40,501 nt of DNA from Tepidisphaerales bacterium (GTDB lineage Bacteria; Planctomycetota; Phycisphaerae; Tepidisphaerales; Tepidisphaeraceae), in NCBI GenBank assembly GCA_038233535.1, contig JBBSLV010000001.1:1-40501 (forward strand), given 5' to 3'. The translations under genes were made by a program, and so were the position numbers. Of the stretch, positions 35,947 to 40,501 are shown piece by piece. Positions within the stretch are counted from its first letter, which is position 1. Every line of letters begins with the position of its first letter. The notes beneath the pieces are model-generated. The model was not told the origin of the DNA and searched no databases. It saw only the letters and a program-made list of their open reading frames with translations.

Positions 35947-35991
35947 ACTTCCGGAGGTGGATAGGAGCCACCCCTCCGGAAGTCTTTTTTT
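35947..35991 (+). terminator. Strong intrinsic terminator 110 nt upstream of pyrK
   Basis: acttccggagg (35947-35957) pairs perfectly with cctccggaagt (35973-35983), followed by c plus 7 T (35985-35991). Confidence 0.75.
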
Positions 35992-36101
35992 GGTCGGTGC
36001 CTTTCACTGGTCCGGCGGCTTTCACCGGTTCGCTCTCCCGCTCCTTAGCACCCGCTCTCCAGCAGTGGACGGTTTCGATTCAACCCCTAGAATCCCCGCC
36101 G

Positions 36102-37160
36102 ATGACAGGCAGCGCGCGCGGGCAATTCGTTTCGACGGTTCAAGCCAACATTCCCCTCTGCCGCGAGCACTTTCGGCTGGTGCTGAGCGTACCGGCGTTT
36201 CCGCCGACGGCGCCGGGGCAGTTCATCCAGGTATCATGCCAGGACGTGCGGGAGATCGAGCGCCTCGATCGCGAGCTGGACTGGTCGACGGCCAACCCGC
36301 TTGCCCTGGGGGACGACATGATGCTCACGCCCGGCGCGATGCTCCGCCGGCCGTTCTCGCTGGCGGGGCGGCGCGACGTGGATGGGGGAGGCGTGGAGCT
36401 CGACCTCATCCACCGCGTCGTTGGGATCGGCACCGACTGGCTCAGCCGACTGAGACCAGGCGATGAAGTGGGCATTCTGGGACCACTGGGAAACACCTTC
36501 CTCCTCCCCCCGGTAAACGCGACGGCGGTGCTCATCGGTGGGGGCGTTGGCATTCCCCCGATGCTGTACCTGGCGGAAAAACTGGCAGGCCGGCGCGCGG
36601 TTGCCTTCGCCGGCGCGCTGACGCGCGATCTGTTGCCCTTCACCCTCCGCGACGACATCGCCCCCGGTGGCGCCAACCCATCGCCGTCCATTGAAGAATT
36701 CGCCCGCCACGGCATCGCGTCGGTCATCACCACCGACGACGGGAGCTACGGGTTCCGCGGCTTCGTCACCCAGGCGCTGGAGCAGTGGTTGGAGGTTTCG
36801 GGGTTCAGGGTTCAGGGTTCAGGAAAGGCAGATGCTCCATCTCCGTCTTCGCTGAACCCTCCCTCTTCCCTGAACCCTGAACCCCGAACCCTGGACTCTA
36901 ACTTGAACCCTCCGACCCTCTACACCTGCGGCCCCGAGCCCATGATGAAGCGCGTCGCCGACATCGCCGCCGCACGGAACCTCGACTGCCAGATCGCCGT
37001 CGAGCGCGCGATGGCATGCGGCATGGGGACGTGCCAGAGCTGCTGCATCCGCGTGAAAAAGCCCGATCCCTCGCAACCGCCGCTTGTCGGGCGCGACTGG
37101 TGCTACCGGCTGGCGTGCACGGATGGACCTGTATTTCGCGGGGCCGACCTTCTCTGGTAG
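36102..37160 (+). CDS. pyrK: Dihydroorotate dehydrogenase electron-transfer subunit (PyrK-like FAD/NAD and 2Fe-2S protein) carrying an internal repeat-derived insert
   Basis: FNR-like N-terminus (PGQFIQV), GGGVGIPPM NAD-binding loop, YTCGPEPMM, C-terminal cluster CGMGTCQSCC...C. Located upstream of pyrD. Start at ATG 36102. Confidence 0.8.
   Translation: MTGSARGQFVSTVQANIPLCREHFRLVLSVPAFPPTAPGQFIQVSCQDVREIERLDRELDWSTANPLALGDDMMLTPGAMLRRPFSLAGRRDVDGGGVELDLIHRVVGIGTDWLSRLRPGDEVGILGPLGNTFLLPPVNATAVLIGGGVGIPPMLYLAEKLAGRRAVAFAGALTRDLLPFTLRDDIAPGGANPSPSIEEFARHGIASVITTDDGSYGFRGFVTQALEQWLEVSGFRVQGSGKADAPSPSSLNPPSSLNPEPRTLDSNLNPPTLYTCGPEPMMKRVADIAAARNLDCQIAVERAMACGMGTCQSCCIRVKKPDPSQPPLVGRDWCYRLACTDGPVFRGADLLW
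36794..36890. repeat. GGTTCAG-heptamer hairpin element lying inside the pyrK reading frame
   Basis: 36794-36816 pairs with 36869-36890 (about 21 bp, 1 indel). Translated in frame as GFRVQGSGKADAPSPSSLNPPSSLNPEPRTL. Confidence 0.8.
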
Positions 37161-37174
37161 AAGTTGACACGACT

Positions 37175-37462
37175 ATGACCACCATCGGCATGCATTACGA
37201 CGTGATCGCCGGCAAGGAGGAGGAATTCGAGCACGGGTTCCTCGCCGTGATCGACGTCCTTAAAACCCTCTCCGGCCACGTCGACACCCACCTCTACGAA
37301 GACGTCGCGTCCGTCGGCAGCTACGTCATTCTCAGTCAGTGGCAGCGCAAGGAAGATTTCGATGCCTTCCTCAAGAGCGATGCGTTCAAGAGCGCCGTGG
37401 CATGGGGAAAAGCTGAAATCCTGCGCTCGCGCCCGCGGCATAAGGTGTACACGAGTGATTGA
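37175..37462 (+). CDS. Antibiotic-biosynthesis-monooxygenase (ABM/Dabb) domain protein
   Basis: 95 aa; GSYVILSQWQRKEDFDAFLKSDAFK is typical of the ABM ferredoxin-like fold. Start at ATG 37175. Confidence 0.7.
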   Translation: MTTIGMHYDVIAGKEEEFEHGFLAVIDVLKTLSGHVDTHLYEDVASVGSYVILSQWQRKEDFDAFLKSDAFKSAVAWGKAEILRSRPRHKVYTSD

Positions 37463-37520
37463 CGCGGGGTCCGGGGAGGAACGTTCATCGTGCTCTTGCT
37501 CGTTCAGCGCGGACCCATGA

Positions 37521-38519
37521 GTGCGCTCGCGACATCGCACGTCATCCGTTACAACACCCGCCGTGCCTGACCTTTCCGTCAACCTCGCCGGATTGAAGCT
37601 CTCCAATCCCACCCTCACCTGCTCGGGCACGTGCGGATACGCGTTTGAGTACGCCGACTTCATGGACCTCTCGCAGCTCGGAGGGTTCGTCACCAAATCG
37701 ATCACCCGCGAGGAGCGACCGGGGAATGAGCCGGCCCGCATCGTCGAGACGCGGGGGGGGATGCTCAACGCCATCGGGCTCGCCAACGTCGGGCTGGACC
37801 GGTTCCTGAGCGAAAAAGTCCCGCAACTGAAGAAGATGCCCTGCCCGGTCATCGTGAACGTGGCGGGTCACAGCTTCGACGACTACACCGAGACCTGCGC
37901 CGCCATGAACGCGCTGGACGAGGTCGTCGGCGTGGAGCTGAACGTCTCCTGCCCGAACGTGAAGGACGGGCTGACCTTCGGCACGCATCCGGGACGCCTC
38001 AAGGAGCTGACGGCCGAGGTGAAGAAGGTCCTGCCGAAGAAACGGTTGATCGTTAAACTGTCGCCGAACGTGGAAGACATCACGCTGACGGCAAAAGCCG
38101 CGGTCGAAGGCGGGGCCGATGTCCTCTCGCTCGTAAACACGTTCACGGCGATGGCGATCGACATTCACAAGCGCCGCCCGCGCCTCGCAAACGTGACGGG
38201 CGGGCTTTCCGGACCCGCCATTAAGCCGATCGCACTGCACCTGGTAAGCCGCGTTTACCGCACGGTCACGAAGCACACCGGAACGCCCATCGTCGGCATG
38301 GGCGGGGTGCAGAACTGGATGGATGCAATCGAATTCATCCTCGCGGGCTCGACAGCCGTCGCGATCGGGACGGCGTTGTTCGTGGACCCGGCCACGCCGA
38401 ACAAAATCTGTCTGGGGCTGAGCGAGTACCTCGCGAAGAACAAGATCGAGCGGCTCAGTGATCTGGTTGGCGCGCTCGAGGTGCCGGGGGACGAACCGCG
38501 GAAGACGCCATATCCTTGA
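37521..38519 (+). CDS. pyrD: Dihydroorotate dehydrogenase catalytic subunit (class 1B PyrD)
   Basis: LSVNLAGLKLSNPTLTCSGTCGY, NVSCPNVK, GGLSGPAIKPIAL, GMGGV. The track start 37521 is GTG; an in-frame GTG at 37563 (VPDLSVNL) may be the real start. Confidence 0.9.
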   Translation: MRSRHRTSSVTTPAVPDLSVNLAGLKLSNPTLTCSGTCGYAFEYADFMDLSQLGGFVTKSITREERPGNEPARIVETRGGMLNAIGLANVGLDRFLSEKVPQLKKMPCPVIVNVAGHSFDDYTETCAAMNALDEVVGVELNVSCPNVKDGLTFGTHPGRLKELTAEVKKVLPKKRLIVKLSPNVEDITLTAKAAVEGGADVLSLVNTFTAMAIDIHKRRPRLANVTGGLSGPAIKPIALHLVSRVYRTVTKHTGTPIVGMGGVQNWMDAIEFILAGSTAVAIGTALFVDPATPNKICLGLSEYLAKNKIERLSDLVGALEVPGDEPRKTPYP

Positions 38520-38531
38520 CCCGCTGCGCAG

Positions 38532-38670
38532 GAAGCTCCAAATCACAAGAACCAAGAACCAAACAAGCTCCAAGAGCCGAAAAGGAGAAGCTCCAAACTG
38601 CGGTCTTCCATTTTGGTTTCTTTCTTTTTCGGTTCTTGGAGCTTGTTTGGTTCTTGGTTCTTGGAGCTTC
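38532..38670. repeat. Very long hairpin (about 35-bp core stem, CAAGAAC-type repeats) between convergent pyrD and pssA
   Basis: 38532-38582 pairs with 38625-38670. The core gaaccaagaaccaaacaagctccaaga(g/a)ccgaaaa has 1 mismatch, and there is a 7-nt bulge. Confidence 0.9.
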
Positions 38671-38686
38671 GCGCGCAGGTTCACCC

Positions 38687-39652
38687 TTATCCCAAGCCGG
38701 CCTGCGCTGCCTGCGCGCCCCGCGGGCGGAACTTGACCCACGCCCATGAGACCGGCCCCATCAGCGCGTACGCCAGCATGCCGATGCCCAGCGTGTACTG
38801 GTGCCAGACGACCAGCAGCAGGATTAGTCCCAGCACGAGCAGCAGCCGATCCAATGACCGTTTGCCGCGCAGGTAGCGGTTGACGATGTGCGGGTAGCGC
38901 ACGCCGCTGACCATGAGCAACCCCGTGGCCAGCACGACGAGCGGCACGAGCCAGACGCACAGGGTTGAGAGCGTGTGAAGCCCGCTCGTGCGCAGATCCT
39001 GCTGCATGAGAATGAACGCGGCGACCGCGCCGCCCGCGCCGGGGCTGGGGAGGCCGAGGAAGCTGAAGTGGTGCTGCTCCCCGTGCTCGTTGCTGACGTT
39101 GAACCGCGCCAGGCGAAGGGCGGCGCAGCTGAAGTAGAGCGCGCCGATCGCCCAGACGAGGCGCGAGACCACGATCCATACGTCAGGCCCCTGCAACTTG
39201 AACACCTGTAGCGCGATGAACGCCGGCGCCGCGCCGAAGCTGACGACGTCGGCGAGGCTGTCGAGCTGTCCCCCGAAGTCGGTCGTGTGCCGCGTGAGGC
39301 GCGCCAGCCGCCCGTCGAGGGCGTCGAACACCATCGCGAGGAAGATCAGGTACGACGCCGCCATCAGCGGCTGCATCGCCCAGAAGCGCGTCAGCGGATC
39401 CTTGTAAACGAGCGGCCCAAAGACGCTGTCCGACTCGGTTGTTGCCATCGCGGCGACGTACATCGCGCCAAAGCCGCACACGGCGTTGCCGAGGGTCGCG
39501 AGGCTGGGGAGGAAGTAAACCGAACGAACGTACGCCCGCCGCCCGTGCCGCCGCAGCCGCCGCCGGCGATGCTCTTTGGATAAGGATGAGGGATGAAGGA
39601 TGAGGGATGAATCAGACCGAGCCGCCGGCTCATCATGTTCTTCATCCTTCAT
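38687..39652 (-). CDS. pssA: CDP-diacylglycerol--serine O-phosphatidyltransferase
   Basis: CDP-alcohol phosphatidyltransferase motif DALDGRLARLTRHTTDFGGQLDSLADV, polytopic membrane protein. The only upstream in-frame ATG (39652) lies inside a hairpin arm. Confidence 0.85.
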   Translation of the reverse strand: MKDEEHDEPAARSDSSLILHPSSLSKEHRRRRLRRHGRRAYVRSVYFLPSLATLGNAVCGFGAMYVAAMATTESDSVFGPLVYKDPLTRFWAMQPLMAASYLIFLAMVFDALDGRLARLTRHTTDFGGQLDSLADVVSFGAAPAFIALQVFKLQGPDVWIVVSRLVWAIGALYFSCAALRLARFNVSNEHGEQHHFSFLGLPSPGAGGAVAAFILMQQDLRTSGLHTLSTLCVWLVPLVVLATGLLMVSGVRYPHIVNRYLRGKRSLDRLLLVLGLILLLVVWHQYTLGIGMLAYALMGPVSWAWVKFRPRGAQAAQAGLG

Positions 39653-39670
39653 CCTTCATCCCTCATCCTT
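39582..39670. repeat. Long hairpin of the GGATGAG family (29/30 bp paired, 29-nt loop) between psd and pssA
   Basis: 39582-39611 pairs with 39641-39670. The left arm is the exact reverse complement of 5789-5818. Confidence 0.92.
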
Positions 39671-39673
39671 TAA

Positions 39674-40408
39674 TTACGCCGGTGTCTTGCGCCCCACGAG
39701 CGGCTCGAACTCTTCGTCGATCGGCTCTTTGGCGACGGTGTGGATCGGGTTGTTCAGGATGGCGACCACGTCGGCTGCGCCGCGGACGGCCTGGCCGACG
39801 GTCACCTTCACCTGGGGGTCGAGCCACTTGGGAATGTACAGTTCCGTGCGGCTGCCGAACTTGATCATGCCGATGCGGTCCCCGCGCGCGACCTGGTCGC
39901 CTTCCTTGCTCGTGCAGATGATCCGCCGCGCGATCAACCCGACGATCTGCTTCACCACCGCGACCGGCCGATCGCCCTTCGGCTCGGCGAGCACGACGGT
40001 GTTGCTTTCGTTGTCGCTCGATGCGTCGTCGTGCTTCATCGCGTTGATGAACTTGCCTTCCTTGTAGATCACCTTCGTCACGCGCCCGTCGCAGGGGCTG
40101 CGGTTCACGTGCACGTTGAACACGGAAAGGAAGATGCCCACGCGCACACACGGCCCGCCAAGCAGGTCGTGATTCGGCAATTCGGTCACGTCGCTGACCG
40201 TGCCGTCGGCGGGGCTGACCATCGCGTGCTGCTCGGCCGGGAGCTTGCGTTCGGGATCGCGAAAGAACGCGAAAAGCCAGATGAGCACGGGCAGGACGAT
40301 GAGCGAGATGGGCAGCCAGATGTAATACCCGAGCACGACAGCGACTGCGACGAGCACGAGCGAGCCAATCAACATTTCACGAAAGCCGTGGCGCGTCAGC
40401 GGAACCAT
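39674..40408 (-). CDS. psd: Phosphatidylserine decarboxylase proenzyme
   Basis: FNVHVNRSPCDGRV block and the self-cleavage-type motif KFGSRT. N-terminal TM segments. Directly upstream of pssA on the same strand. Confidence 0.9.
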   Translation of the reverse strand: MVPLTRHGFREMLIGSLVLVAVAVVLGYYIWLPISLIVLPVLIWLFAFFRDPERKLPAEQHAMVSPADGTVSDVTELPNHDLLGGPCVRVGIFLSVFNVHVNRSPCDGRVTKVIYKEGKFINAMKHDDASSDNESNTVVLAEPKGDRPVAVVKQIVGLIARRIICTSKEGDQVARGDRIGMIKFGSRTELYIPKWLDPQVKVTVGQAVRGAADVVAILNNPIHTVAKEPIDEEFEPLVGRKTPA

Positions 40409-40501
40409 GCACGCAAGCTAAGACCGCCGACAAATCCTGTCAACGCGAGACGTTGCAGCCGGAAAAAGAGGAGCCACGAGTTGCACGAATGGACACGAAT
40501 A

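Noticed and set aside
35947-35983. A bona fide PyrR-binding loop in the pyrK leader.
   Set aside because: UUCCGGAGGUGG matches the remembered UCCAGAGAGG core at only about 7 of 10 positions. That is too weak to call without a covariance model.
38458-38749. Track ORFs 38458..38736, 38516..38749 and 38613..38876, and similar ORFs crossing other hairpins (for example 3427..3990, 5567..5800, 12285..12482, 39600..40067).
   Set aside because: They translate hairpin arms into low-complexity strings such as KSQEPRTKQAPR or SSFILHPSSF, and they lack flanking coding signal.

Overview
High-GC bacterial chromosomal segment: hand counts on sample lines give about 70% GC in core genes and about 53-62% in one islet. 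Gene content suggests Planctomycetota, which is an inference: a PEP-CTERM protein, sulfatases, LptD, membrane proteins with a CxxC zinc-ribbon tail, and very many R/P/A-rich antisense shadow ORFs. No homology search was possible, so all calls rest on motifs read in the translations. Left to right: (i) a signalling and secretion cluster of histidine kinase, CheY-like receiver, GAF/HD-GYP phosphodiesterase, STAS protein, GspE/PilB/MshE-type ATPase and GspF/PilC platform, followed by a PEP-CTERM protein; (ii) apaG, an orphan RHH gene, and a putative uronate block (secreted lyase-like protein, UxaE-like epimerase, amidohydrolase-fold isomerase-like protein); (iii) xseA, a long non-coding stretch with a 21-bp periodic array, a hypothetical gene, lptD and sppA; (iv) a sulfatase and an SGNH-type esterase; (v) a roughly 2.5 kb lower-GC islet between a 5'-truncated sulfatase remnant and tRNA-Val(CAC), carrying two unknown genes and a Panacea-domain (PanA/SocA-like) antitoxin translationally coupled to an unrecognised 145-aa partner; (vi) glycerate kinase, clpB, a Nudix hydrolase, pyrK-ABM-pyrD, and psd-pssA. 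The most unusual structural signal is a set of at least ten long hairpins (21-35 bp stems) whose arms are tandem 7-10 nt repeats (AGTTGCC, GTAGGCA, GGATGAG, GATGAACGCA, CACAGAG, GGTTCAG, CAAGAAC). They sit flush between stop and start codons, recur as sequence families at distant loci, and in three cases are read as coding sequence. Best candidates for an undescribed system are the PanA plus unknown-toxin pair in the tRNA-linked islet and this hairpin family. No CRISPR array, integrase, transposase or rRNA was seen.
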